Positions 9,271 through 19,017 of a stretch of DNA of 64,000 bases are shown one piece after another. The notes under the pieces were generated by a model. The model saw nothing but the letters and a program-made list of their open reading frames with translations. It made no database searches and had not been told where the DNA came from. A program made the position numbers and the translations under genes. Source of the stretch: an uncultured cyanobacterium (GTDB lineage Bacteria; Cyanobacteriota; Cyanobacteriia; PCC-9006; JAAUQQ01). Position 1 is the first letter of the stretch. Every line of letters begins with the position of its first letter. The stretch covers positions 3,744,001 through 3,808,000 of the forward strand of contig OY970368.1 of NCBI GenBank assembly GCA_963718615.1. The letters run 5' to 3'.

Positions 9271-11223
9271 TTAACTTTCAGCAATTTCTGAGAGCGCCAG
9301 CCACCGCTCGGTTCCGGTTTCAATGGCTTCCGTGAGTTCAGCAAGTCTAGCGGATAGTTTTTCCAGGTCCGTGAAGCCGGAAGGTGGATTTTGATAGAGG
9401 ACTTTTTCCAAGGCTTCTTTCTCCGCTTCCATGGCTGGAATTTGGGTTTCTAATTGTTCCAACTCCCGTTTTTCCTTGTAGGAGAGCCGTCGGGGGCGAT
9501 CGCCAGAACCGCTGCTAGCTTTGGCCTTACTAGAGGATGCAGCCGCTTCAGGCTTGGCGGCTTCAGAGACGACTTTAATTTCCTCTTTTTCCTTTTCTTC
9601 GTTCTGCTTATAATCCAAATAAACCGAATAGTTGCCGGGATATTGGCGAATCTTGCCACCGGGTTCCAGGGCGAAAATTGAATCGACGGTGCGATCGAGA
9701 AAATAGCGATCGTGCGACACCGTAATCACACAACCGTTAAAATCTTCCAAGTAGTCCTCTAAAATCGAGAGGGTTTGCACGTCCAAATCATTGGTGGGTT
9801 CATCCAAAATCAACACATTGGGCGCACCCATCAACACCCGCAGCAAAAACAATCGCCGTCGCTCTCCTCCAGACAGCTTGGCCAAGGGGGCATACTGTTG
9901 ACTGGGCGGAAACAAAAATCGCTCCAGCATTTGCGACGCTGTAATAGTGCTGCCGTCAGCGGTTTTGACCAGCTCCGCGACTTCCTTAATGTAGTCAATC
10001 ACCCGCTGATTTTCATCCGCTGCTTCCAGCAAATCATTGGAGTACTGATCAAAGTAACCCATGTGGATCGTTGCGCCAATTTCTACCTTGCCCCCGTCGG
10101 GTTCTAGTCGCCCCGTAATGATATCCATCAACGTCGATTTCCCCGCACCATTGCTGCCAATGATGCCAATTCGATCCATGGGGCTAAAGGAATGGGTGAA
10201 ATTGTCGATGAGGAGGCGATCGCCATAGCCCTTACTCACCCCCTCCAGCTCAATCACCTTTTTGCCAATTCGTCGCCCCACCGTCGAGATTTCCACCTTA
10301 CCCACGGCTGCCTTAAACTCACGATTACGCATTTCCTCAATGCGTTGAATCCGTGCTTTCTGCTTGGTGCTGCGGGCCTTAGGACCCCGCTTCAGCCATT
10401 CCAACTCCCGCCGCAACACGCCTCGATGCTTTTGCTGGGTGCTGGCAGCAGATTCTTCCAGTTCCGCCTTTTTTTGCAAATAGTAGGAGTAGTTGCCTTC
10501 AAAACTGCTCAGATCGCCCCGGTCTAGCTCCAAAATGCGGTTGGTAACGCGATCGAGAAAATAGCGATCGTGGGTAATCAGCAACAGTGCGCCACTATAG
10601 CGATTCAAATAACTCTGCAACCACTCCACCGACAGCGCATCCAGATGGTTAGTGGGCTCATCCATTAACAGTACTTCGGGCTCCGCCAGCAGCGCCGTTG
10701 CCAGAGCAATGCGCTTGCGATAGCCCCCAGACAGGGAACCAATCCGCGCCTCAAAATCCTCGATGCCCAGCTTCGTCAAGACAATCTTGGCCTTTGCCTC
10801 CAGATTCCAAGCCCCAATGGCGTCCATGCGTTCCGTCAGCCGCGATAGCTCTGCCAAGAGCACCTCGGTCTTGGTCTCGGTCGATTTGTGCGCCTGGGCC
10901 AACTGATGGGACACCGCTTCATAGGCTTTAACCAATTCCATCTGCTCGCCGCTATCGGCAAAAACCTGCTCCAAAACAGTTTTGCCTTCGTCTAAATCCG
11001 GTTCCTGGGGTAAATAGACAATGCGCACAGAGGGATTAACCAGGCGATCGCCCGCATCCACCGGCTCCAACCCCGCAATAATTTTGAGCAGCGTCGATTT
11101 GCCCGAACCATTTGTACCGATCAGACCAATCCGGTCTTGGTGGCCGAGGCTAAAGCTGACATCATTCAAAATCGGCTTAATGCCAAAGTCCTTGGAAACG
11201 GATTGCAGCGTGAAAATGCTCAT
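9271..11223 (-). CDS. ABC-F family ATP-binding protein (Uup-like)
   Basis: Two ABC domains (GTNGSGKS, GSNGAGKS, LSGG, DEPTN), no TM helices, C-terminal coiled coil (LSYKEKRELE). Confidence 0.93.
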   Translation of the reverse strand: MSIFTLQSVSKDFGIKPILNDVSFSLGHQDRIGLIGTNGSGKSTLLKIIAGLEPVDAGDRLVNPSVRIVYLPQEPDLDEGKTVLEQVFADSGEQMELVKAYEAVSHQLAQAHKSTETKTEVLLAELSRLTERMDAIGAWNLEAKAKIVLTKLGIEDFEARIGSLSGGYRKRIALATALLAEPEVLLMDEPTNHLDALSVEWLQSYLNRYSGALLLITHDRYFLDRVTNRILELDRGDLSSFEGNYSYYLQKKAELEESAASTQQKHRGVLRRELEWLKRGPKARSTKQKARIQRIEEMRNREFKAAVGKVEISTVGRRIGKKVIELEGVSKGYGDRLLIDNFTHSFSPMDRIGIIGSNGAGKSTLMDIITGRLEPDGGKVEIGATIHMGYFDQYSNDLLEAADENQRVIDYIKEVAELVKTADGSTITASQMLERFLFPPSQQYAPLAKLSGGERRRLFLLRVLMGAPNVLILDEPTNDLDVQTLSILEDYLEDFNGCVITVSHDRYFLDRTVDSIFALEPGGKIRQYPGNYSVYLDYKQNEEKEKEEIKVVSEAAKPEAAASSSKAKASSGSGDRPRRLSYKEKRELEQLETQIPAMEAEKEALEKVLYQNPPSGFTDLEKLSARLAELTEAIETGTERWLALSEIAES

Positions 11224-11419
11224 GGAAGCGGATGACAAAGGCAGCACGTACCGTTTAAGCTTAGCGCCATCGGCCCGTCTCTCGTCATTTTCCATGGGGT
11301 CACGGGGGCAAACGCGATAGACAGAGCGATCGCCATTCGTCCTCCGTATATATACGCATTTTTCTGTATAACTTGTGAGGGGTCTGCACCCTCATCCCAT
11401 TCCTTAGGACGTCAATTAA

Positions 11420-11535
11420 GATAGGACTCAAGTAACCCCGACATCAGGGCAAGCTCGGTCCTAACCCCGCCGAGTTTCCAGCATTGAAGGAAGACATGGC
11501 GACCCACCTAGGTGCTTTAGGGTCGCCATTTTTTT
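11420..11535 (+). ncRNA. Candidate small RNA, possibly PsrR1-like (5' end uncertain)
   Basis: Non-coding; internal hairpin CTCGGT...CCGAG preceded by GACATCAG, followed by a strong terminator with no upstream + strand CDS. Confidence 0.5.
11496..11535 (+). terminator. Rho-independent terminator
   Basis: Stem ATGGCGACCC / GGGTCGCCAT followed by a T-run. Confidence 0.85.
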
Positions 11536-11706
11536 ATGCATTGACGCCTATAGACCCAAAGTCTCGCGTCGAAACAATAATTTTTTCATCGTTTTCCATC
11601 ATTCTTGGCCTCCAGACTGGAATTTCGGTGTGATTCTTTTCTAGGCTAGGACACAGCGGTCCTCCATCGCTGCACGCTTTCTGTCCTCGTCTTTTGTCCT
11701 GCTGCC

Positions 11707-12600
11707 ATGGCCTCTCCCCTTCAAACTCGCGAACAGCAGACGGGCTGGCTGCTGGTTTTTCCAGCGCTGCTGCTGCTGTTCCTGGTCTTTGCCTATCCCA
11801 TTGGTCGAGCCTGCTGGCAAAGCCTGTTCACCCGCAATCTCGGCACGGAACTAGAGCCTGTCTTTTCAGGGTTGAGCAATTACGTTCGTATGGTGCAAGA
11901 CGGACGCTTTTGGCAAAGCCTGGGGAATACGACGGTGTTTACCGTTATTTCTGTGGGGATTGAGCTGATTTTGGGGATGGCGATCGCCTTGATTCTCAAT
12001 CATCCCTTTCGCGGTCGTGGCCTCGTGCGCACGATTGCAATTCTCCCTTGGGCCTTGCCCACAGCCCTGATCGCCTTGGGTTGGGCCTGGATTTTTAATG
12101 ACCAATTTGGCATCGTCAACGATATTTTGTTGCGCCTCGGGCTGATTGACACCGGGATCGCTTGGTTAGGCAGTCCTGGACTGGCCATGGTGGCGCTGAT
12201 TGTGGCGGATGTTTGGAAAACAACGCCCTTTATTAGTATTTTGCTCCTGGCGGGGCTGCAGTCAATTTCGGGTGATTTGTACGAAGCCCATTCCCTAGAA
12301 GGCGCAACCCCTTGGCAAAGCTTTCGTCAAATTACGTTGCCCCTTTTATTGCCGCAAATTTTGATTGCCTCGTTGTTTCGATTCGCCCAGTCCTTTGGGA
12401 TTTTTGACCTCGTTGCCGTCATGACTGGCGGTGGCCCCGGTGGGGCCACGGAAACCGTCTCCCTGTATGTCTATGCCACCGTCATGCGCTATTTAGACTT
12501 TGGCTATGGTGCGGCCTTGGTAGTGGTGACGTTTGTTTTATTGATTGCGACGGTGGGAGTCTCCTCCCTCTTGCTCCGGCGTCTCCGAGTCCAAGCCTAA
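11707..12600 (+). CDS. Carbohydrate ABC transporter permease
   Basis: TM helices; EAA-like loop LYEAHSLEGATPWQSFRQITLPLL. Confidence 0.92.
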   Translation: MASPLQTREQQTGWLLVFPALLLLFLVFAYPIGRACWQSLFTRNLGTELEPVFSGLSNYVRMVQDGRFWQSLGNTTVFTVISVGIELILGMAIALILNHPFRGRGLVRTIAILPWALPTALIALGWAWIFNDQFGIVNDILLRLGLIDTGIAWLGSPGLAMVALIVADVWKTTPFISILLLAGLQSISGDLYEAHSLEGATPWQSFRQITLPLLLPQILIASLFRFAQSFGIFDLVAVMTGGGPGGATETVSLYVYATVMRYLDFGYGAALVVVTFVLLIATVGVSSLLLRRLRVQA

Positions 12601-12610
12601 TTTGATTTTC

Positions 12611-13510
12611 ATGAGTTCTACTACACCCGCCCCTAGACCCCCCTCAACCCCATCCCCTGCATCAACGCCAGCAAAATTCCGCTGGGGCAGCCTTTTCTTT
12701 GGCCTTGCCGTGGCGTTTGTCATCCTGTTTTGTCTTGCTCCCATCCTCTGGCAGGTCCTGACGTCGTTTAAGACCAATGCGGCGATTTCAGCCGTTCCCA
12801 ATGTTTACTTTCCCAGCCCCAGCCAGTTAACGCTGCAAAATTACGTGGCGCTATTTACGAGACGACCGTTTTTGAATTACATCCTCAATAGTGCGATCGT
12901 CTCCGTCATTTCTACGGTTTTGGCCCTGGCGATCGGTTCACCGGCGGCCTATGCCCTGGCCCGACTCAAGCTTCCCGGCGAGCAGATTATTCTGGGTGGC
13001 GTACTGATTGTCACGCTCTTTCCCTACATTTTGCTGTTTTTGGGGCTGCTGGAAATTATTCAAAAACTCCACCTTGCCAATAACTATCTCGCCCTGATCA
13101 TTCCCTACACCGCCATCAATTTGCCCCTGACGATTCTGGTCATGCGCAGCTTCTTTCAGCAGTTGCCCAAGGACCTCGAAGATGCGGCCAAGGTCGATGG
13201 CTACAACATTTGGCAAAGCCTCACCCAAATCGTTCTTCCCATGACCCTGCCAGCCCTGGTCACCACTGGGATTTTGGCCTTTATCTTTGCCTGGAACGAG
13301 TTCATTTTTGCCCTCACGTTTATTACCCGCGAAGACCTCAAAACCATTCCCGTTGCCTCCTCTCAACTGGGCGGTGCCTCTGCCTTTGAAATTCCCTTTG
13401 GGCCGATCGCTGCCGCCACGGTTATTGGTACCTTACCCCTCGTTTTACTAGTGTTGTTCTTCCAAAAACGCATTGTTCAAGGTCTTACCGCTGGAGCCGT
13501 TAAAGGATAA
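12611..13510 (+). CDS. Carbohydrate ABC transporter permease
   Basis: LEDAAKVDG EAA loop, FIFAWNEF, GLTAGAVKG. Confidence 0.92.
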   Translation: MSSTTPAPRPPSTPSPASTPAKFRWGSLFFGLAVAFVILFCLAPILWQVLTSFKTNAAISAVPNVYFPSPSQLTLQNYVALFTRRPFLNYILNSAIVSVISTVLALAIGSPAAYALARLKLPGEQIILGGVLIVTLFPYILLFLGLLEIIQKLHLANNYLALIIPYTAINLPLTILVMRSFFQQLPKDLEDAAKVDGYNIWQSLTQIVLPMTLPALVTTGILAFIFAWNEFIFALTFITREDLKTIPVASSQLGGASAFEIPFGPIAAATVIGTLPLVLLVLFFQKRIVQGLTAGAVKG

Positions 13511-13515
13511 TTCCT

Positions 13516-14634
13516 ATGTCTACCCTCGAACTCAAAAATCTTCGCAAAGCCTATACCAGCACCGTCATTCCGGTTAAGGATGTGAGCCTTACGGTCGAAG
13601 ATGGTGAATTTCTCACGCTCCTGGGTCCTTCCGGCTGCGGTAAATCAACGATTTTGCGCTTAATTGCGGGGCTAGAACCACCCAGCGAGGGGGAGATTGT
13701 GATTAATGGGCAGAATGTCAATCGGTTGAGTCCGGGCGATCGCAACATCGCCATGGTGTTCCAAAGCTATGCCCTCTACCCCCACATGACCGTCTATCAA
13801 AATATTGCCTCGGGTCTCAAACTGCGGAAAATTCCCGCAGCCCAAATTCGCCAGCGGATCGCCACTGTCTCCGACTTTTTGGGCCTCAATGATCTCATGG
13901 ACCGTAAACCCGGTCAGCTATCGGGGGGGCAGCGCCAGCGGGTGGCCGTGGCTCGGGCGCTGGTGCGGGAGCCGGATCTGTTTTTGCTCGATGAACCGTT
14001 GAGTAATCTAGATGCCCTGTTACGGGAGCAGGTACGGGCGGAGCTCAAGCAACTGTTTTCTAGTCAAAATGTGCCCGTGGTTTATGTCACCCACGACCAA
14101 ACGGAAGCGATGACACTGTCCACCCGAGTTGCGGTGCTCAATGGGGGTGAATTGCAGCAACTGGATACGCCCCAGCAAATTTATAGCCACCCCGCTAATC
14201 AGTTTGTGGCTGGGTTTATTGGCAGTCCTCAAATGAACTTTTTGACCTTGCCCAGCCAAGGTCCCTACGCTCTTTTAGGTGAAACTAAAATTCCGATGCC
14301 GGATTCGATCAATGTAAAAACGAATTTGGTCACCTTGGGAATTCGCCCAGAAAACGTGATGTTGCCTCAGGAGTTGGCTCAGGATTTGGCCCAGAATTTG
14401 GCCCAGAATTTAGCCCAGGTTTCGACGATTCGGGGCGAGGTCTTTTTAGTCGAAAACCTAGGCATGTCGAAGCTAGTGAGTGTGCGATTGGGGGGATTTG
14501 GTCATCAGGCCATGACGTTACGGGGACTCTTGCCAGTTGAGCATCAGTATTTGATTGGCGAAGCCCTGGAATTAGCCTTGCCTCACAAATCACTCCATTG
14601 GTTTAGTCCAGAATCAGGCTTATCTTTGGTCTAG
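13516..14634 (+). CDS. Carbohydrate ABC transporter ATP-binding subunit (MalK-like)
   Basis: GPSGCGKST, VFQSYALYPHM, LSGGQRQR, DEPLSNLD. Confidence 0.95.
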   Translation: MSTLELKNLRKAYTSTVIPVKDVSLTVEDGEFLTLLGPSGCGKSTILRLIAGLEPPSEGEIVINGQNVNRLSPGDRNIAMVFQSYALYPHMTVYQNIASGLKLRKIPAAQIRQRIATVSDFLGLNDLMDRKPGQLSGGQRQRVAVARALVREPDLFLLDEPLSNLDALLREQVRAELKQLFSSQNVPVVYVTHDQTEAMTLSTRVAVLNGGELQQLDTPQQIYSHPANQFVAGFIGSPQMNFLTLPSQGPYALLGETKIPMPDSINVKTNLVTLGIRPENVMLPQELAQDLAQNLAQNLAQVSTIRGEVFLVENLGMSKLVSVRLGGFGHQAMTLRGLLPVEHQYLIGEALELALPHKSLHWFSPESGLSLV

Positions 14635-14671
14635 GCAAGGCTCTCTCCCTCATACCGAACGCCATGGGACA

Positions 14672-15898
14672 CTATCTCAATGGGACACTATAACGACGCA
14701 TGGCATTTTCCACCGCCGCCTGCTGGTCCCGCCGCGTAATCCATTTGTGGTAGGTGCGCGTGTGAATCGCCACGGAGTGACCCATCATCTTGGCTGCGAC
14801 CGTATCGGGAATGCCAAAGTGAATCGTTCGCACCGCCCAAGCATGGCGCAAGTCGTAGGGCGAAAACGGAATCCCATAGCGTTTAAACTGGCGCGTGACC
14901 TGTTGGCCGATCCGCTGAAGCGTGGTTTGACTCAAATCCGTTTGGACCGGCGGCAAGATGACCTGACGAAGATTAAAGCGATCGACCCATTCCGGATAAA
15001 ACGGCCAAACCTCATGCTCCCCGGTTTTGGTGGTTTCTAAAACTTCGAGGGTGTCTCGTCCACTGGCAATTTCGTAGTCAGATGGCTGAGCTTTGAGCTG
15101 TGAAGATTTGAGCTGTGAATAATTGCAAAAAAATACCTCATGGTTGCGCAGCCCATAGGTCGCCATCACCCCATAGACAAATCGCCAGGTCGGATTGGGA
15201 ATCAGTTCGTAGGCCGCCAAAATCTCATCGTCGCTGGGCAAATCCCGTCGTTTGACCTTGCTAGGGCTATAGGTGCCGCCCCGATGTTTAAAGCTCTCGG
15301 GTAGCTCCAGCTTCAGAAACTCCGCCAAGGCCACCAATGCCGTACCGCAAATTTGGCGGCTGCGACTTTGTCGTCCAAAGGATTCAATGGTGGTTTCCAT
15401 GGCTTCAACCAGGGTGAGCTTAGGGCTGGCCTGGGCGATCGCCTCCAGTTTCTTCAAATAGGGCGCATAGGCTCCCTCCCAGGTACTCTGAGCCGACGCC
15501 AACGCCGCCTGACGCTCGGGCTGTTGAAAAAAATAGCGTTCAAAGTCCCGCATTTGTTGCCTGAGGGACTCCGCATCCAGCCGCTCTCGTCCGCGCCACA
15601 CCTGGTACTGCTCCCAGTCAAAACTTTCGGTAATGAGCTGGGCAGCCACCACCTTGGCCTCTCGCTCCGCCTGCTTCAGCCCCCCAGCGGTGAGCGGCAG
15701 CTTGAGGCTAATGCGCTGCTGGTGGGGTTTGGTTTTGGTGCTGCCCGGTTTCGGCGGCAGCGTGCCGCGCAGGGCTAGATGCTGGCCGCGAATCTCAATT
15801 TGGAGCCCCAACTGACCGAGCTTGAGGCGTTGGTTGACCTGGGCCAATTGGGCATCAAGACGAGGGGGGGCGGAGGGCTTAGACATGGGGGACACCAT
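14672..15898 (-). CDS. Tyrosine recombinase/site-specific integrase (cyanobacterial type)
   Basis: YGLRNHE, TKTG, YDLRHAWA, MGHS...HTRTY catalytic residues; N-terminal LRGTLPPKP domain. Confidence 0.88.
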   Translation of the reverse strand: MVSPMSKPSAPPRLDAQLAQVNQRLKLGQLGLQIEIRGQHLALRGTLPPKPGSTKTKPHQQRISLKLPLTAGGLKQAEREAKVVAAQLITESFDWEQYQVWRGRERLDAESLRQQMRDFERYFFQQPERQAALASAQSTWEGAYAPYLKKLEAIAQASPKLTLVEAMETTIESFGRQSRSRQICGTALVALAEFLKLELPESFKHRGGTYSPSKVKRRDLPSDDEILAAYELIPNPTWRFVYGVMATYGLRNHEVFFCNYSQLKSSQLKAQPSDYEIASGRDTLEVLETTKTGEHEVWPFYPEWVDRFNLRQVILPPVQTDLSQTTLQRIGQQVTRQFKRYGIPFSPYDLRHAWAVRTIHFGIPDTVAAKMMGHSVAIHTRTYHKWITRRDQQAAVENAMRRYSVPLR

Positions 15899-16184
15899 CA
15901 GCGGACTACTTCTGAGGTAAGAGATTGGCGCGATCGCTACCGCAAGTTCCAAAGAACTGTGATAGAACGTAATGTAATGAAATAAATATTGTCATCTTCA
16001 TTCATTATCTGAGCTGAAAGACGGTAAAAACCGACCAGACGCGCCTGTATTGGATTGCATTGGACTGTATTAGGTTGTATCAGAAGGCGATCGCGAGATT
16101 TTCGTAGGTCAGACTGATTGACCGGAACCTTATATTGTTAACATCAGTGAACAAGCTGAGGACGCTGGAGTCGAAAAAAGCGGT

Positions 16185-17348
16185 ATGGGCAGAGTAGGGG
16201 TTTTACTCTTAAATCTCGGTGGGCCAGAGAAGCTGGAGGACGTGCGTCCTTTCCTGTTCAATCTGTTCGCCGATCCAGAGATCATTCGGCTGCCATCGCC
16301 GCTGTTACAGAAGCCATTAGCTTGGCTGATCTCATCGTTGCGTGCGAAAAAGTCTCAAGAAGGCTACAAGCAGATCGGAGGCGGTTCGCCTTTGCGCCGT
16401 ATTACCGAGGAGCAGGCCAAAGCACTCAAGGCCAAGCTCCAAGAGCGGGGCGTCGATGCAAATATCTACATCGGTATGCGCTACTGGTATCCGTTCACAG
16501 AGGAAGCGGTGGACGCGATCAAGCGAGACCAGGTCGAAAAGCTAGTGGTGTTGCCGCTATATCCGCAGTTTTCCATTAGTACCAGTGGGTCCAGCTTCCG
16601 GCTGTTGGAGCGGATCCAGGTGGATGACCCGGAGTTTGCCAAAATCGACTATACGGTGGTGCCGTCTTGGTATCACCGACCAGGATATTTGGGGGCGATC
16701 GCCAGTCAAATTGCCCACCAGCTCGACCAGCTGCCTCAGCCCCAGGAGGCCCACATTTTCTTCAGCGCCCACGGGGTACCGGTGAGCTACGTCGAAGAAG
16801 CCGGGGATCCCTACCAAAAGGAAATGGAGGACTGCGTTGCTAAAATTATGCAGACCCTCGGTCGCTCCAATCCCTACACCTTGGCCTACCAAAGCCGGGT
16901 CGGCCCGATTGAGTGGCTCCAGCCCTATACCGAAGATGCCATCCGTCAACTGGCGGAGCAGCAGGTAAAAGACTTGGTGGTGGTGCCGATTAGCTTTGTC
17001 TCGGAGCATATCGAAACCCTAGAGGAAATCGATATGGAATATCGGGAATTGGCCGAAGAAGCGGGCATTCACGGTTTTCATCGAGTCCCTGCCCTAGATA
17101 CAAACCCAGCCTTTATCGAGGACTTGGCAACGCTGGTGCAGGAATCCCTCAGTGGACCGCAAATTAAACTCAAGGATGTTTTCCATCCCCCGGAGCGGAC
17201 CAAGCTTTATCCGCCGGAGCGCTGGGAATGGGGCCTAACTACGGCGGCAGAGGTTTGGAATGGTCGTTTGGCGATGCTTGGATTTCTTGCCATTTTGATC
17301 GAGATTGTCAGTGGCCGAGGGCTTTTGCATACCGTCGGTCTGCTCTAG
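16185..17348 (+). CDS. hemH: Ferrochelatase with C-terminal CAB/HLIP domain
   Basis: [31 protein letters not shown]; C-terminal [12 protein letters not shown]. Confidence 0.97.
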   Translation: MGRVGVLLLNLGGPEKLEDVRPFLFNLFADPEIIRLPSPLLQKPLAWLISSLRAKKSQEGYKQIGGGSPLRRITEEQAKALKAKLQERGVDANIYIGMRYWYPFTEEAVDAIKRDQVEKLVVLPLYPQFSISTSGSSFRLLERIQVDDPEFAKIDYTVVPSWYHRPGYLGAIASQIAHQLDQLPQPQEAHIFFSAHGVPVSYVEEAGDPYQKEMEDCVAKIMQTLGRSNPYTLAYQSRVGPIEWLQPYTEDAIRQLAEQQVKDLVVVPISFVSEHIETLEEIDMEYRELAEEAGIHGFHRVPALDTNPAFIEDLATLVQESLSGPQIKLKDVFHPPERTKLYPPERWEWGLTTAAEVWNGRLAMLGFLAILIEIVSGRGLLHTVGLL

Positions 17349-17396
17349 ATTGAGCCCTTTCCAGTACATCTCCAGTCCCTTTCTAGTCCATCGGGA

Positions 17397-18113
17397 TCAC
17401 CAATCTAGATCGTCTTCCATCTCATCCCAATCGTCGCTGGATCGGGGGGGTTTTTGGGATGGGGAGCGATTTTGAGCGCGATCGCGACTGTCCTGAGCGG
17501 AGGGTTCATACTGAACGGCTCGCTCCGCCTCCCGATAGCGCACCTCACGGGCGACGGGCTCAGACCGGTAATCGGGTTCACCCTCATCCATCTCATCAGC
17601 CTGATCATTACCCTGATCATTGACCCCGTAGCGGCGGTCATCCCCCGGAGGCTGAATCACCCGATAGTCAGCATCATAAACACTTTCGAGATCCACAGGA
17701 GGAGCATAGGGGCGGGATCGGGGTCGGTCTTCAATCGGTTCGGGCAGAGGATCTTCTCGGTAGGTCTCTCGCTCAAAGTCTCGATAGTCATCCCGTTCAA
17801 ACGCCTGTCCGGGTGAACCATAGGTCGCTGCTGGATAGTCATCGACCACGGCAAAGTCCTCTGGCCCAAACTCCGATCGCCGATAGCGCCGTTCGGCTGC
17901 GGCTCCCCGGCGCGCCGCCAGCCGAAATAGAATCACAAACCATAAACCCGTTGCAACGCCTGCCAGCAAGGCTCCCAGCATCCAAATCGCCAGGGGGAGG
18001 GTGATGGACTGCATTCCCAAAAAGGTGAGGGCAATGGATGGGGTGTTGCTGAGGAGGAGGGTGGCGATCGCACCCAGTAGGGCCAGCAACAGGAAAATGA
18101 CAAAGGAACGCAT
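17397..18113 (-). CDS. LapA-like membrane protein with acidic disordered tail
   Basis: Two N-terminal TM segments, conserved-looking VYDADYRVI, DDW C-terminus. Confidence 0.65.
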   Translation of the reverse strand: MRSFVIFLLLALLGAIATLLLSNTPSIALTFLGMQSITLPLAIWMLGALLAGVATGLWFVILFRLAARRGAAAERRYRRSEFGPEDFAVVDDYPAATYGSPGQAFERDDYRDFERETYREDPLPEPIEDRPRSRPYAPPVDLESVYDADYRVIQPPGDDRRYGVNDQGNDQADEMDEGEPDYRSEPVAREVRYREAERAVQYEPSAQDSRDRAQNRSPSQKPPRSSDDWDEMEDDLDW

Positions 18114-18269
18114 AGGGATGAGGATAGGGGGATGGGCGATCGACGGGAGGAATCGGCCTAATTAAGAGCTTTCCTATTCTATAATCAGACTTTTACTCCT
18201 GAACCTGCCCATCTGAAGTAACAATAGGACGATTGAAGCTTCACGGATAATAGGTTATTTTGATAACAG

Positions 18270-18597
18270 ATGAGAATTGTAGAATATGAATCCTTAAGAT
18301 GGCTCCGTACCTTTTCTTAAGTGGATTTCTGAGCTCGATAGACAAGCAAAAGCAAAAGTACTGGTAGCCAAGGCTCGTCTTGAGCTGGGCAACATGTCTA
18401 ACATCAAGTGGTTTGATGGACTGGGGGAGCTTAAAATCAATTGGGGTCCAGGCTATCGAATTTATTTGATTCAGGATGGAGACGAACTCATTATTTTGCT
18501 AGGAGAAGGAACAAAGAAATCTTAGTCTAAGGATATCGGCAAAGCAAAGCAACTAAAGATTGAGTATAAGGTGAGAAAGCAAACTGGAGAACTTTAG
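18270..18597 (+). pseudogene. HigB/RelE-like addiction-module killer toxin pseudogene
   Basis: MRIVEYESL / +1 frameshift near 18296 / DGSVPFLKW...RLELGN...ELKINWGPGYRIY...LLGEGTKKS*SKDI; premature TAG at 18523-18525. Confidence 0.85.
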
Positions 18598-18606
18598 TCA
18601 AGTAGT

Positions 18607-19017
18607 ATGCAATTTCTAAATCTTGTATTCTCATTTTATTTAAAACTTATACAGTCAAAGGCTAAAACAAACAATGAGGTTCTGATGAAAGAAACTGAAA
18701 CAACCGGAGGGGAGCTTGTGGCCGCCGATCCAGAGCTGGCTACAACACTTTTAAATGAAGCGCTTAATTTGATTGCATCCGGAGAACCTGATACGGCTCG
18801 CCTACTGCTCCGTGATGTGGTAAATGGCCTGATGGGCCTAGATATTCTTGCAGAAAAGACCAAGATTGACAGCGATCGCCTGCGCAAAGTTCTCAGTCCA
18901 GAAGGAAGCACAACGTTACAAGAGCTTTCGTTGATTTTTACGGCTGTGCGAACTTATGTTGATCTGAAAATTTTGAATGCAGCTATAGGTCGTTTTGCAA
19001 GCTCTAATGTCATTTAA
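18607..19017 (+). CDS. Addiction-module antidote-like HTH protein (start possibly ATG 18685)
   Basis: DPELATTLLNEA...GEPDTARLLLRDVVN...LAEKT...LRKVLSPEG; directly follows the toxin remnant. Confidence 0.75.
   Translation: MQFLNLVFSFYLKLIQSKAKTNNEVLMKETETTGGELVAADPELATTLLNEALNLIASGEPDTARLLLRDVVNGLMGLDILAEKTKIDSDRLRKVLSPEGSTTLQELSLIFTAVRTYVDLKILNAAIGRFASSNVI

Noticed and set aside
14672-19017. Integrase plus TA remnant as a genomic island or prophage
   Set aside because: Core gene hemH lies between them; no tRNA, att repeats or phage genes seen
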